Origin: Candidatus Iainarchaeum sp.
GTDB lineage: Archaea > Iainarchaeota > Iainarchaeia > Iainarchaeales > JAZDEL01
Direction of reading: 5' to 3'
NCBI GenBank assembly: GCA_043808785.1
Contig: JAZDEL010000009.1
Span: 150,001-182,000, forward strand
DNA: 32,000 bases
In this document: piece after piece, positions 13,073-21,517 of the stretch
How the letters are laid out: each line of letters opens with the position of its first letter
Position numbering within the stretch: the first letter of the stretch is position 1
Program-made: the position numbers and the translations under genes
Notes under the pieces: model-generated
The model's database searches: none
Seen by the model: the letters and a program-made list of their open reading frames with translations, nothing else
Told to the model about the DNA's origin: nothing

Positions 13073-14744
13073 GATACCCTCCTTTGCTGTATGCGAGGTC
13101 CAAAAATTCGCAGTCTATGTACGCCTCGCCGCCGTAAACAATGTCGGGCTTATATTTTGCAACGGTTTTTTCCCTGTCTTCGCAGCCTGCTGTCGGGAAC
13201 TCAATTACATCCTGCAGCGACTGCAGGCTTGCGCCAAGCCTTGCGGCGCCTGTTTCAACAACTTTCCTCTCGGAGATAAGGTAAACAGGCTTCGCAGCCC
13301 AGGGCAAAGCCATTACTACATAATCCGAGTGGGAATTTTCTGCAATCCATTTTATTGCATCGGCCTCCCCGAGCTCGATGTTATGGTAAAAGCCCGCCCT
13401 GTTTGTGTATGGTTCGGCAGTGAGCTGCTGCAGGAGGAAAACCGCAAGCGCAAAAACCGCAACAGCGTGCAGAACCCTTGAGGGCCTTGGAGGAATCTGC
13501 GCCGCGATTTTCGAAAGCGCATTTATTATTGCGAAAAGCCCTATTCCCGCTGCAATAAGCGCCATCACGGCAAATGCGGGGGTTGTGCGCCTGCAGGGGC
13601 CGAGCAGGCATATGCCGCTGCTGTCCGCATATGCGCGCACAAGGAAGAGGAGGGCGATGAAAAAGAGCATGAGTTTAGGGAAGTGCGTGCGCGCATTGCG
13701 CAGTGCGGAGGAATATGCATCGGATTTTGGCAATGCGCTGGCAGTGCGCGAACCAGCGGTTTCTTTTGCCCCTGCGCGCGCTGTGCCCGAGCCTGCAGCA
13801 GTTTTCCTCCCCGCAAGCGCCGCCCTTACTAAAGGCAGGAGCAGCCATCCAAGCCCCGCCAATGCAAGCGCAAAAGTGAGCGGCGTGATGTAAGGGATAA
13901 GCTGGTATGTTGCCGTCGTGTCCCCGTAATTCCACACAAGGAAATCCACGATGCGCTGCAGCGTTAGTAAAGGGTTCGAGAAATCCCACTGCACAAAGCG
14001 CGCTGAAAGCGCGATAAGCACCGCAGTGCCGAGCACGATTTTTGGCAGGTTCCTTTTCAGCCCGCGAGGGGCTGAGATAATGTAAAGGGCAAATACAGGT
14101 ATGAAAACCACCGCATAAACCGCGTGCGTGAGGGTTATGTTAATGAAAACCGCGAGCAGCAGCAGGAAGTACGCCCAGGAGCCAAGGCCGCGCAGGAAAA
14201 GGTAGGCCATAACGGGAATTGCGGCAAGGCCCATTGCCATTGGCACAAGAATCCAGTAGCCGAGGAATGCTATGTTGTTGTGCAGGAACAGGACAAAGAC
14301 TGCTGAGAGCAGCGCTGCAAAGCGCTTTCCCGTGATGAATTTCACAAGCACGAATGCCGAGAGCGACATAAGGAATGTGAGCATGGGCGGGATAACGAGC
14401 GGAATAAGCGTGAAGTCAAGGCCGGTGAACTGGCGGAAAACAAGCAGGAATATGTCGTAGTTCAGCTCAAGGTTCCTCACAGCAAACCTGTACTGCGTTA
14501 TGTAAGGGTCGTAAAGCACCCTGCCCTCCGTCCTTTCCATTTCCGCAACTGTTGCAAGGTGGTCGTATTCATCGGAGTGTATCGGAAGCGGGTAATTGTA
14601 GTGCATGGAATAGTTCAGGGCAATTGAGAGAAGGAAAAGCGCTGCAATAACCGCTATTTCAGAGCGCGGGGTTTTTGCGCGTTGCCGCTCCGCCGAAGGG
14701 CGGAGCATGTCCTGAAAAGCCTGCGGAAGGCCTGCACCCATCAT
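13050..14744 (-). CDS. Large polytopic membrane protein, GT-C-like (possible glycan or oligosaccharide transferase), with a C-terminal soluble domain
   Basis: 564 aa with about 12-13 hydrophobic helices. An acidic motif in the first loop (PLPIHSDEYDHLATV) is reminiscent of the first-loop acidic motif of STT3/PMT/ArnT-type GT-C enzymes. No WWDYG motif is present, so it is not a canonical AglB. It starts 9 nt after the ABC-2 permease stop. Confidence 0.55.
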   Translation of the reverse strand: MMGAGLPQAFQDMLRPSAERQRAKTPRSEIAVIAALFLLSIALNYSMHYNYPLPIHSDEYDHLATVAEMERTEGRVLYDPYITQYRFAVRNLELNYDIFLLVFRQFTGLDFTLIPLVIPPMLTFLMSLSAFVLVKFITGKRFAALLSAVFVLFLHNNIAFLGYWILVPMAMGLAAIPVMAYLFLRGLGSWAYFLLLLAVFINITLTHAVYAVVFIPVFALYIISAPRGLKRNLPKIVLGTAVLIALSARFVQWDFSNPLLTLQRIVDFLVWNYGDTTATYQLIPYITPLTFALALAGLGWLLLPLVRAALAGRKTAAGSGTARAGAKETAGSRTASALPKSDAYSSALRNARTHFPKLMLFFIALLFLVRAYADSSGICLLGPCRRTTPAFAVMALIAAGIGLFAIINALSKIAAQIPPRPSRVLHAVAVFALAVFLLQQLTAEPYTNRAGFYHNIELGEADAIKWIAENSHSDYVVMALPWAAKPVYLISERKVVETGAARLGASLQSLQDVIEFPTAGCEDREKTVAKYKPDIVYGGEAYIDCEFLDLAYSKGGYHVYVPNR

Positions 14745-14753
14745 TGTTTCCCC

Positions 14754-15578
14754 CTAATAGCCCTGCACGCTCATAACCCTGAAGAGCCTGCGGAAAAGGT
14801 AAACCGCCGCAAGAGGCGCGACAACCGCAAAGAAGAGCAGGTACATCAGCGGCTCGAAAGGCACAATGCCGTGGAGCCATATCGACCTGATTACATTAAC
14901 GCCCTGATATATGGGGTTGAAGTACGCTATCGTGGGGAGGATGCCGCCTATCGCGCCGAACTGCGGCACGCGCAGCACCTCAAGAGGGTAATAGAAGCAC
15001 GAGAAAAACACGACAACAATCCGCATATAGCCGAAGAGCGGGACAAAGTTCTCGTTGAACAGGCCTGCACAGCCGACAATGAGCCCTATGCTCAGCGAAA
15101 CAGTGAAAAGGAGCAGGAGCGCAAAGAGCACAAGCGCGAGATTGACGAAAGAAATCGGCATCAGGAAAAAGCAAAGCGCAAGGAACATCAGCGTCGAAGG
15201 GAAGAGGGAAATAGCCTCCGCAAGCCCCACACCGAAGATGAGCGAGAGCCTGTTTATGGGCGCGAGCAGGGTTGCATCAACGGTCTGCCAGTATTTCTCC
15301 GCGGTGAACTTCTGCAGGAACGTGGACCATCCGCTGAAAAAGAACACGTCCGCAAGCATGCCGAGCACAAGGAAAACAACGAAGTTCTGCGAGGTTACCT
15401 CGTTGCCTATTGCGGCAGTGCCCTGCCCCAGAAGAAAGAAGCCCCAGTAAACCAGGAGGAACGGCATTATGCGCATCAGCGGGGAAATCATGCTGTCCGC
15501 GAAGAATGCGAACTTGAAACGCATGGCAAGCGTTGTTTCCTTCTCGCCTATGGCAAGCGACTCGTCTATTATGCTCAT
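14754..15578 (-). CDS. ABC-2 type transporter permease
   Basis: 274 aa with six hydrophobic helices. Its ATG overlaps the stop of the upstream ATPase gene (ATGA at 15575-15578). The C-terminal pattern is similar to the partial permease at 2-613. Confidence 0.85.
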   Translation of the reverse strand: MSIIDESLAIGEKETTLAMRFKFAFFADSMISPLMRIMPFLLVYWGFFLLGQGTAAIGNEVTSQNFVVFLVLGMLADVFFFSGWSTFLQKFTAEKYWQTVDATLLAPINRLSLIFGVGLAEAISLFPSTLMFLALCFFLMPISFVNLALVLFALLLLFTVSLSIGLIVGCAGLFNENFVPLFGYMRIVVVFFSCFYYPLEVLRVPQFGAIGGILPTIAYFNPIYQGVNVIRSIWLHGIVPFEPLMYLLFFAVVAPLAAVYLFRRLFRVMSVQGY

Positions 15579-16570
15579 ACAACAGACCTCGCGGCGGTGA
15601 GCCTGACAAACACGTCTATAAGGCTGGGCTGCTCCTCGCGTATTGTCGTTATCTTATAGCAGGAGAGGAATGAAAGAAGGTCGGGCAGGAATTTCTTGTC
15701 CTCGAGAAGGACGCGCACCCCGACCTCGGAAAGTTCAACCGAGTGTATGTAGTCCTGCTTCCTGAGCTGACCGAGCACGGATTCGTCGACATAGCTCAGC
15801 CCGATATCAACAGCAACATTCTTTGCAATAACCTTCTTCAGGTTTGCGGGCGTGTCCTCCATCACAAGCCTGCCCCTGTTCATTATGCCTATCCTGTCGC
15901 AGAGGTCGTTCGCCTCGTCCATGTAGTGCGTCGTTATGACAACCGTTTTTTCCATTTCCTTTATTAACTGCCTTATCTGCAGGGATATTTTCGGGTCAAG
16001 GCCGAGCGTGGGCTCGTCAAGGAACAAAATATCGGGGTCGTGCAGCAGTGCGCGCGCAAGCGCAAGCTTTGATTTCATTCCCGAGGAGTAATGCTCCACA
16101 TATGAATCAAGCCACTGCCCGAGGCCTAAGAAGTCTGTAAGTTCGCGTATGCGCTCATCAAGGTTTTTCACCTTGTAGAGCTTGCCGAAAAACCTGAGGT
16201 TGTCCCTGCCCGTCATCCTGTGGTAAATCATCGAGAAGCCGAACATGACGCCTATGCGCTGCCAGGCTTCCTGCGGGGGCCTGCCCTCTATAACAACCCT
16301 GCCTTCGGTCGGCGTAATCAGGCCGACAAGCATCTTTGTTGTTGTTGTCTTTCCCGCGCCGTTGGGGCCGAGGAGGCCGTAAATCTCGCCCTCCTTTATC
16401 CTGAGCGAAACATCATCAACCGCACGGAACATCTGGTGCTGCGGGAAAAGGAAATCCACGAACATATTTCCCGTGTGCTGCGCCTTCGAATAGGTTTTCA
16501 CAAGGTTGTCGGCTTCGATTACGTAATCGCGCTTCTTTACCCCTGCTTCTACCTCGAGGCCGAATGGCAT
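15575..16570 (-). CDS. ABC transporter ATP-binding protein (ABC-2/DrrA-like) with a C-terminal accessory domain
   Basis: Walker A is GLLGPNGAGKTTTTKML, the signature is YSSGMKSKLALARAL, Walker B is ILFLDEPTLGLD and the H-loop is ITTHYMDEA. Confidence 0.95.
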   Translation of the reverse strand: MPFGLEVEAGVKKRDYVIEADNLVKTYSKAQHTGNMFVDFLFPQHQMFRAVDDVSLRIKEGEIYGLLGPNGAGKTTTTKMLVGLITPTEGRVVIEGRPPQEAWQRIGVMFGFSMIYHRMTGRDNLRFFGKLYKVKNLDERIRELTDFLGLGQWLDSYVEHYSSGMKSKLALARALLHDPDILFLDEPTLGLDPKISLQIRQLIKEMEKTVVITTHYMDEANDLCDRIGIMNRGRLVMEDTPANLKKVIAKNVAVDIGLSYVDESVLGQLRKQDYIHSVELSEVGVRVLLEDKKFLPDLLSFLSCYKITTIREEQPSLIDVFVRLTAARSVV

Positions 16571-16620
16571 TCGGAAAACACCGCCTAAGCGTCAATTTCT
16601 AAGAAGAGTAAACCAAACTG

Positions 16621-16630
16621 TTTAATATAA
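16621..16630 (-). promoter_or_regulatory. TATA box (TTTAATATAA; TTATATTAAA on the minus strand) for the ABC/GT-C/DUF1616 operon
   Basis: It predicts a leader of about 28 nt containing AGGCGGTG, which resembles the Shine-Dalgarno core AGGAGGTG, about 8-10 nt before the ATG at 16570. Confidence 0.4.
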
Positions 16631-16699
16631 CTTTTCCCGCGGCTTTTTTCGGCCTGTTTTCGTTTTTTTCGCATTTCCCGGGAATGCCTTACCCTGCAA

Positions 16700-16712
16700 C
16701 TTTTAAATAAAG
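16700..16712 (+). promoter_or_regulatory. TATA box (CTTTTAAATAAAG) for the KaiC-like ATPase gene
   Basis: The centre near 16706 places the TSS near 16733. The short leader contains AGGGG 9-10 nt before the ATG at 16751. Confidence 0.45.
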
Positions 16713-16750
16713 ATTACCCTATTTACTATGGTTTTTAGGGGATGCCATAG

Positions 16751-17536
16751 ATGCCGTTTGGGATAAAGTTTCCGGAAGAGCTTTTGCAAAGCGAAAAACG
16801 GGCGAAAGAGCGCGAGACCGCGCTGCCGCTCCGTGTCCCCGGGCTTGACGCAATGATAAGCAGGCACGGCATAGAACGCGGCTCCACTCTCCTTATTTCC
16901 GGCGGCTGCGGCACGGGAAAAAGCACGCTCGTGCTGCAGTCAATTTACAACGGCATGCTAAAGGGCGAGAAGGCGGTTTACATTTCATTCGAGCAGGAGG
17001 TTGCGGCAATAAAAAAGCACGCAAGGGTTAACTTTGGCTGGGACCTCGAAAAAATGGAGCGCGAGCGCAGGCTTTTCATGCTGCGCATGGACCCTTTCAA
17101 GATTGCGAGAAGCGTCGAGGCGTTCCTTGCGCAGAAGAAGGGCGACCTGCTTGTGAGCGTGGATGAAATCGAGTTTCCGTTCATACCCGACAGGATTGCC
17201 ATAGATTCATTGTCCGCACTGAACATCGCCTTCATGGGAAACATGGAGAACTACAGGTACTATGTGAGTTACATGTTCGACATGCTGAACAGGTACAACT
17301 CGCTGAACTTTGTTGTAAGCGAAACCGAGCTCACAGCGGGAACATACAGCAAGACCGGCATTGAGGAGTTCCTTGCCGACGGCGTAATTGTGCTCTACAA
17401 CACGAGCGAGAATTTCGGCGGCGAAAGGAAGCGCGCGCTCGAGATACTGAAGCTCAGGTTTTCCGAGCACGTGCACAGGCCAGTGCCTTTTAAAATCGGG
17501 AAATCAGGAATAAGCCTGCAGAAGCAGGGGATGTAG
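16751..17536 (+). CDS. Single-domain KaiC/RadA/RecA-superfamily ATPase (KaiC-like)
   Basis: RVPGLDAMISRHGIERGSTLLISGGCGTGKSTLVLQSIYNG (Walker A), EKAVYISFEQ, Walker B-like RIAIDSLSAL and ADGVIVLYN...ERKRALEILKLRFSEH. This is the KaiC-domain layout. Confidence 0.85.
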   Translation: MPFGIKFPEELLQSEKRAKERETALPLRVPGLDAMISRHGIERGSTLLISGGCGTGKSTLVLQSIYNGMLKGEKAVYISFEQEVAAIKKHARVNFGWDLEKMERERRLFMLRMDPFKIARSVEAFLAQKKGDLLVSVDEIEFPFIPDRIAIDSLSALNIAFMGNMENYRYYVSYMFDMLNRYNSLNFVVSETELTAGTYSKTGIEEFLADGVIVLYNTSENFGGERKRALEILKLRFSEHVHRPVPFKIGKSGISLQKQGM

Positions 17537-17582
17537 AGGTTGCGATGCGTGCAGGGATGCACTGCACAGGGAGGCAGTTGCA

Positions 17583-19388
17583 ATGAACTTCTGGCGGATG
17601 AAGGCGGGCAATGTGCGCATTTTGCAGGTGCTTGCGGCACTGCTGCTTATTGTGCCCCTATCATATGCCGAATGCGGCAACCTTGTCTGCGAGAGCGGCG
17701 AGAACGAGTGCAACTGCGCCGCGGACTGCGGCTCCTGCGGCGGCTGGGTTGAAAATGCGATGTGCCAGACATACACCTGCGCAACAGGCGCATGCGCTCC
17801 GACGCTCGCGCTCGACTGCTGCGGAAACGGCATATGCGAGAGGGGCGAAAGCTTCGGCAGCTGCGAATGGGACTGCGCGCCGAAAACAGTGGAGGTAAGG
17901 CTTGAAAAATTCGAGCAGCGGGATTACCTGCGCGGGGACAATGCGTTCGTGCAGGTTTACGTTTCCGCGGATTCGAAGCCCGCAATTGGCGCTTCGGTAA
18001 AGGCAAGCGGCATAGGGGATGTTGCGCTTTACGACGACGGCAACCATTCCGACGTCAGGGGCGGCGACGGGATTTATGCAAACAGCATACAAATACCCCT
18101 CGGCGCAAAGAAGGGGGATTATGTTGTCACTGTTGCCGCTGTAAAGACAGGGGTTACTGGCACGAAAACATTCACGCTTGCGGTTAACCCTGAAATAGAA
18201 ATAAAGCTGAATCTTGGCAAGGCGCAATACAGCCTCGGGGACATAATAACTGCAAGCGGCACGCTCTTGCGCGCGGGAAAGCCGTGCAGGGAAAATGTTT
18301 CGCTGGATTTCATCGTAAGCGGGCGCGGCATATTCCACGCCGATGTCAAGCCCGATGCCGCGGGAAATTTCAGCATCGCACGCAGGACAAGCCTGATAGA
18401 CCCCGCAGGAACCTGGACACTGAAGGCAGGCGCAAGGGATGAGAATTACAACGAGGGCATCATAGAGCAAGAGTTCGGGGTTCTGGCTGCGGAGGGCGGA
18501 AAATATTACGTAGTGAGTTTTATAGAGCCCGTTAGGAAGGTGTTCACGCGCGGCGAGGAGATAAGCTTCCTTGTCAGGGTCGAGGACCTGAACGGCGAAA
18601 GCATTCAGGGCGCTGATGCCGAGGTCGCGCTTTCGGACGAGGCAAAGGTCGCGCTTAAGGAGCTTGCCCCGGGAAATTACGGCGGCACAATGCGCATACC
18701 CCTGGATTTCGGGCTCGGCAAGCAGAAGATAACTGCAAACGTTTCAAGATATGACGGCGGCGCCCTGCACTCAGGGTTTGCTGAGGGCGTGCTATACACG
18801 AACGAGAGCCCCATAACAATAGAGATTATTTCGCCATTGAGGTCGACATTCAGCGCGGGGGAGAAGATTGATTTCAGGGTAAGGCTGCTTTACTCATTCG
18901 ACAGGCCCGTGGAGAATGCCGCGCTCGACCTGAACCTTAACGGCAAGATAGCAAGGGCAAAGGAGGTGGGGGGCGGGATTTATTTCCTGTCGCACACGCT
19001 TGCAAAGGACGCCCCTGCGGACTACTATGTTGCGGTTTCTGCAGCGGACAAATACATGAACACGGAAACAAAGAACCTTGTTTTCAGCATCAACTCCGAG
19101 TTTTCCCTGTTCTATTTCATAGCAAACGACCCGCTTGCGGTTGCCGCTGCAATAGTCGTGCTGCTTTTTGCCGTTATTGTGGGGGGGCTTTTTGCCTCGA
19201 ACTACATAAGGCTGAGGCTGCTAACAGGCAGGAAATGGCGGCTGACCGAAACGAAAAAGAAACTGCAGAACGCGTACTTCAACGAACGCGTGATAGGCAG
19301 CGAGGAATACTATCCGCTTATGGACAAATACAACGAGGAGCTCGGGAAGATAGATGCCACGCTGCAGACGCTGCAGCCCAAGAAATAA
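17583..19388 (+). CDS. Secreted single-pass surface protein: N-terminal CGNxxCExGE Cys modules, beta-sandwich (Ig/MG-like) repeats, a TM helix and a conserved cytoplasmic tail
   Basis: The signal sequence is MNFWRMKAGNVRILQVLAALLLIVPLSYA. The Cys modules are CGNLVCESGENECNCAADC and CGNGICERGESFGSCEWDC. Repeated blocks follow (VVSFIEP...GEEISF...; ITIEIISPLRSTFSAGEKIDF...GGGIY). The TM helix is LAVAAAIVVLLFAVIVGGLFA, with a 59-aa tail. It is a paralogue of 21518-22771. Confidence 0.85.
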   Translation: MNFWRMKAGNVRILQVLAALLLIVPLSYAECGNLVCESGENECNCAADCGSCGGWVENAMCQTYTCATGACAPTLALDCCGNGICERGESFGSCEWDCAPKTVEVRLEKFEQRDYLRGDNAFVQVYVSADSKPAIGASVKASGIGDVALYDDGNHSDVRGGDGIYANSIQIPLGAKKGDYVVTVAAVKTGVTGTKTFTLAVNPEIEIKLNLGKAQYSLGDIITASGTLLRAGKPCRENVSLDFIVSGRGIFHADVKPDAAGNFSIARRTSLIDPAGTWTLKAGARDENYNEGIIEQEFGVLAAEGGKYYVVSFIEPVRKVFTRGEEISFLVRVEDLNGESIQGADAEVALSDEAKVALKELAPGNYGGTMRIPLDFGLGKQKITANVSRYDGGALHSGFAEGVLYTNESPITIEIISPLRSTFSAGEKIDFRVRLLYSFDRPVENAALDLNLNGKIARAKEVGGGIYFLSHTLAKDAPADYYVAVSAADKYMNTETKNLVFSINSEFSLFYFIANDPLAVAAAIVVLLFAVIVGGLFASNYIRLRLLTGRKWRLTETKKKLQNAYFNERVIGSEEYYPLMDKYNEELGKIDATLQTLQPKK

Positions 19389-19533
19389 GGGGGAGTAAAG
19401 GCAAGCGATTTCCCTCCCGCAGTGCCGCCTTGTACAGCAACTGCACTTCACGCCCTACCGCGTTGCTTCACACAGGCAAGGCATCTTCGGCAGCAAAGCC
19501 CCGCAAAGCAGATGCACTTACTCCCCTGCTGCG

Positions 19534-20793
19534 CTACTTCATGCAGCGCACCGACCCGAGCACGTGGTCGCTTATGTCCTTGATTTTCGGGACCTCTTCC
19601 TTAAGGGATTTCACAGCAACCGTGTAGAACTTGGAGTTGCACTCCACAATTTTCGCCTTGTAAAGCCACTCGAGCCTGCCCTGCATGAAAACAAATTCCA
19701 AATATGCGCTGTCCACGCCTGTTTTCTCAACAAGTATTGTGGCCTTTAGCTGGCTCTTCACAAGCGAAACAACCTTGCTCACATATCCGCCGAATGTAAG
19801 CGGATATAGTTCCTTTACCGACGACTCCACGCCGCACGCCCCGCTCGAAACCGAAAGCAGCACATCCTCGGAAACATTAAGGTCCGGCACCCAGCCGGGG
19901 TACTCGAAATAGAAGTTGCCGTGCGTGAAAGGGTGGAACTTCACCTTGCGCTGGAAGAGCTTGCGCGCGTCGATTATGGAGGAGATGCCCTGCACAAACT
20001 TTGAGATTCCCTTAGGCGCCTCTTCCGCCTTTCCGATTTCCGCTGCGGCACCGTATCCGAAAACCACTTTCCCCCTTTCGGGCAGGAGCTCTGTTTCCCT
20101 CACTGAAAATTTTTCCTGCAGTGCGGTGCGCGTTTCCGGAACCGCGGCTGCTGCGGCTTTCCCGCGCCTCCCTGCCGCCTGCTTTGCCTTCACTGCACCC
20201 TTTCCTCCCGCCGACCTTAGCGCATCCAGTTCCGCTGCAAAGGATTTGTTTGCCCCCTCCTTTTCCTGCAGTTCGTTCTGCAGAAGCTCTATCCTCCTGT
20301 GCAGGCGCTCTGCCTCGCGCCTGTAATCGCCCTCATTGCCCGCGGCCGCGGCGCCGGAAGTTTCCGCTGACTTCTCCAGTTCCGCCTCGAGCCCCTCTAT
20401 GCGCCTGTTTAATTTTTCAACAAGCGCCTCGAGGGATTTTGTGCCCGCACCGCCGTGCGCGTGCTGCTTGCCCGCAACGGAAATATCCTTAAACTGATCG
20501 AGCAGGCTGCCCGAAATCAGGTATTCCGCAATCCCCATTTCCCCGCGCTGCGGGTCCTTTACGGTTACGCTGTCAAGTATGAGCTGCTGGTTCATGAGCA
20601 GCTGCTGCTGCCCCTTCTCCAATGCCGAAAGAAGCTCGTTGTCGAACGCGTATTTCATGTACGGGTTCTTGCGTATTATGTTTATTGTGGTGTCAAGATC
20701 TGTTGCGCCTTCCGAGAGCTGGCGGATGCTTCTTCTCTCGCGTGCGGCATCTGCGCCTTTTTTATCCTTCGAGAAAAAATCGAGAAAACCCAT
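19534..20793 (-). CDS. Hypothetical coiled-coil protein with an N-terminal amphipathic segment and a C-terminal globular domain
   Basis: The ATG at 20793 is supported by a TATA at 20817-20826, exactly 27 nt upstream, rather than the ORF-track start at 20910. The N-terminus is MGFLDFFSKDKK. The central heptad-like region is LEALVEKLNRRIEGLEAELEK...AERLHRRIELLQNELQEKE, followed by an Ala/Lys-rich linker and a ~170-aa C-terminal domain of unknown family. Confidence 0.75.
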   Translation of the reverse strand: MGFLDFFSKDKKGADAARERRSIRQLSEGATDLDTTINIIRKNPYMKYAFDNELLSALEKGQQQLLMNQQLILDSVTVKDPQRGEMGIAEYLISGSLLDQFKDISVAGKQHAHGGAGTKSLEALVEKLNRRIEGLEAELEKSAETSGAAAAGNEGDYRREAERLHRRIELLQNELQEKEGANKSFAAELDALRSAGGKGAVKAKQAAGRRGKAAAAAVPETRTALQEKFSVRETELLPERGKVVFGYGAAAEIGKAEEAPKGISKFVQGISSIIDARKLFQRKVKFHPFTHGNFYFEYPGWVPDLNVSEDVLLSVSSGACGVESSVKELYPLTFGGYVSKVVSLVKSQLKATILVEKTGVDSAYLEFVFMQGRLEWLYKAKIVECNSKFYTVAVKSLKEEVPKIKDISDHVLGSVRCMK

Positions 20794-20816
20794 GCTGAAC
20801 CAATATAACTGTTCAG

Positions 20817-20826
20817 AATTATAAAC
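20817..20826 (-). promoter_or_regulatory. TATA box (GTTTATAATT on the minus strand), leaderless geometry
   Basis: The centre at 20821.5 is 27-28 nt from the ATG at 20793. Confidence 0.5.
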
Positions 20827-20997
20827 CTTTCGCAAGGTTTTTGGTTCGGAATCCCGCGAAGGGAGGGCGGGGCAACGCACCAAAGGCAAAAACTGCCCAT
20901 GCCCGCCCATACGAAAATTTAATAAAGGGTTAGATGGTATTAGATATAGAAAATCGGTAGCAAAACTTTACAGCCGAAACTTTGAACGGAGAAGAAA

Positions 20998-21396
20998 ATG
21001 GTTTCAAAAGAAATTGTAGGGTATGCGAGGATCGCTTTCCTCGGGGGCTTTGTTGTTGCGCTCCTGAGCGGATTCATAATTCCCGAGGAACTCGGCGGAT
21101 ACAGGCCGATGTTCAATATGGGCGTAGTGCTGCCGCTTGTTATAATGCTCATTCTCGGTTTGACAGGGGTTTTCATTGCGTTCTTTGCAATAAAGCAGGA
21201 GGACGAGGTCCGCGTGCTCACAGGCATGACAACCCTGCTTGTTGCAGCGATTGCGGTATTCACTGTTTCCCCGCCCTCGCTTGCGATAGAGGGCTACACA
21301 ATAAGGGGCGCGATATCCGCGCTCAGCCTGCTCATTGGGCCGCTTGCGCTCGTTATTTCGTTCAAGACTATTTTCAGGGCAGTGCTCAGGGAGTAG
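20998..21396 (+). CDS. Hypothetical small integral membrane protein (4 TM helices)
   Basis: 132 aa, hydrophobic throughout (IAFLGGFVVALLSGFII, GVVLPLVIMLILGLTGVFIAFFAI, LLVAAIAVFTV, ISALSLLIGPLALVISF). GGAG lies 7 nt upstream of the ATG. It is preferred over the overlapping 208-aa Cys/Arg-rich ORF in another frame. Confidence 0.6.
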   Translation: MVSKEIVGYARIAFLGGFVVALLSGFIIPEELGGYRPMFNMGVVLPLVIMLILGLTGVFIAFFAIKQEDEVRVLTGMTTLLVAAIAVFTVSPPSLAIEGYTIRGAISALSLLIGPLALVISFKTIFRAVLRE

Positions 21397-21486
21397 GCCT
21401 GCTCCCAAAGTTGCGGCGGTTTTTTCAACGCATGATTAGCGGCAAGGCAGCACTTTTGTTTGCCTGTTCCCCGCCCTACCACGCGG

Positions 21487-21500
21487 TTTATAAATATAAA
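21487..21500 (+). promoter_or_regulatory. TATA box (TTTATAAATATAAA), leaderless geometry
   Basis: The centre at 21493.5 is 25-27 nt from the ATG at 21518. Confidence 0.5.
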
Positions 21501-21517
21501 TCGCACTATATATCAGC

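Noticed and set aside
13050-14744. Calling the 564-aa membrane protein the oligosaccharyltransferase AglB/STT3
   Set aside because: The diagnostic WWDYG motif is absent. Only the generic GT-C-like acidic first loop and the topology are visible, so I kept the call at GT-C-like.
14682-15659. The 325-aa plus-strand ORF, rich in E, R, K and H
   Set aside because: It lies exactly antisense to the ABC-2 permease gene. The charged low-complexity composition is what the reverse complement of a hydrophobic GC-rich gene produces. It has no motifs and no promoter geometry.
17661-18470. The 269-aa minus-strand ORF, with neighbouring ORFs at 17647-18006 and 17504-17833
   Set aside because: All are antisense shadows of the 601-aa surface protein gene in GC-rich DNA, with no recognisable domains.
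19389-19533. A possible tRNA or small RNA gene in the 145-nt convergent spacer
   Set aside because: I could not trace a cloverleaf, and no conserved T-loop (GTTCRANNC) is present. Only short imperfect hairpins are visible.
20794-20910. The N-terminal extension of the coiled-coil gene (ORF-track start at 20910)
   Set aside because: The extension (MGGHGQFLPLVRCPALPSRDSEP...) looks non-coding. The TATA at 20817-20826 places the TSS at the internal ATG at 20793.
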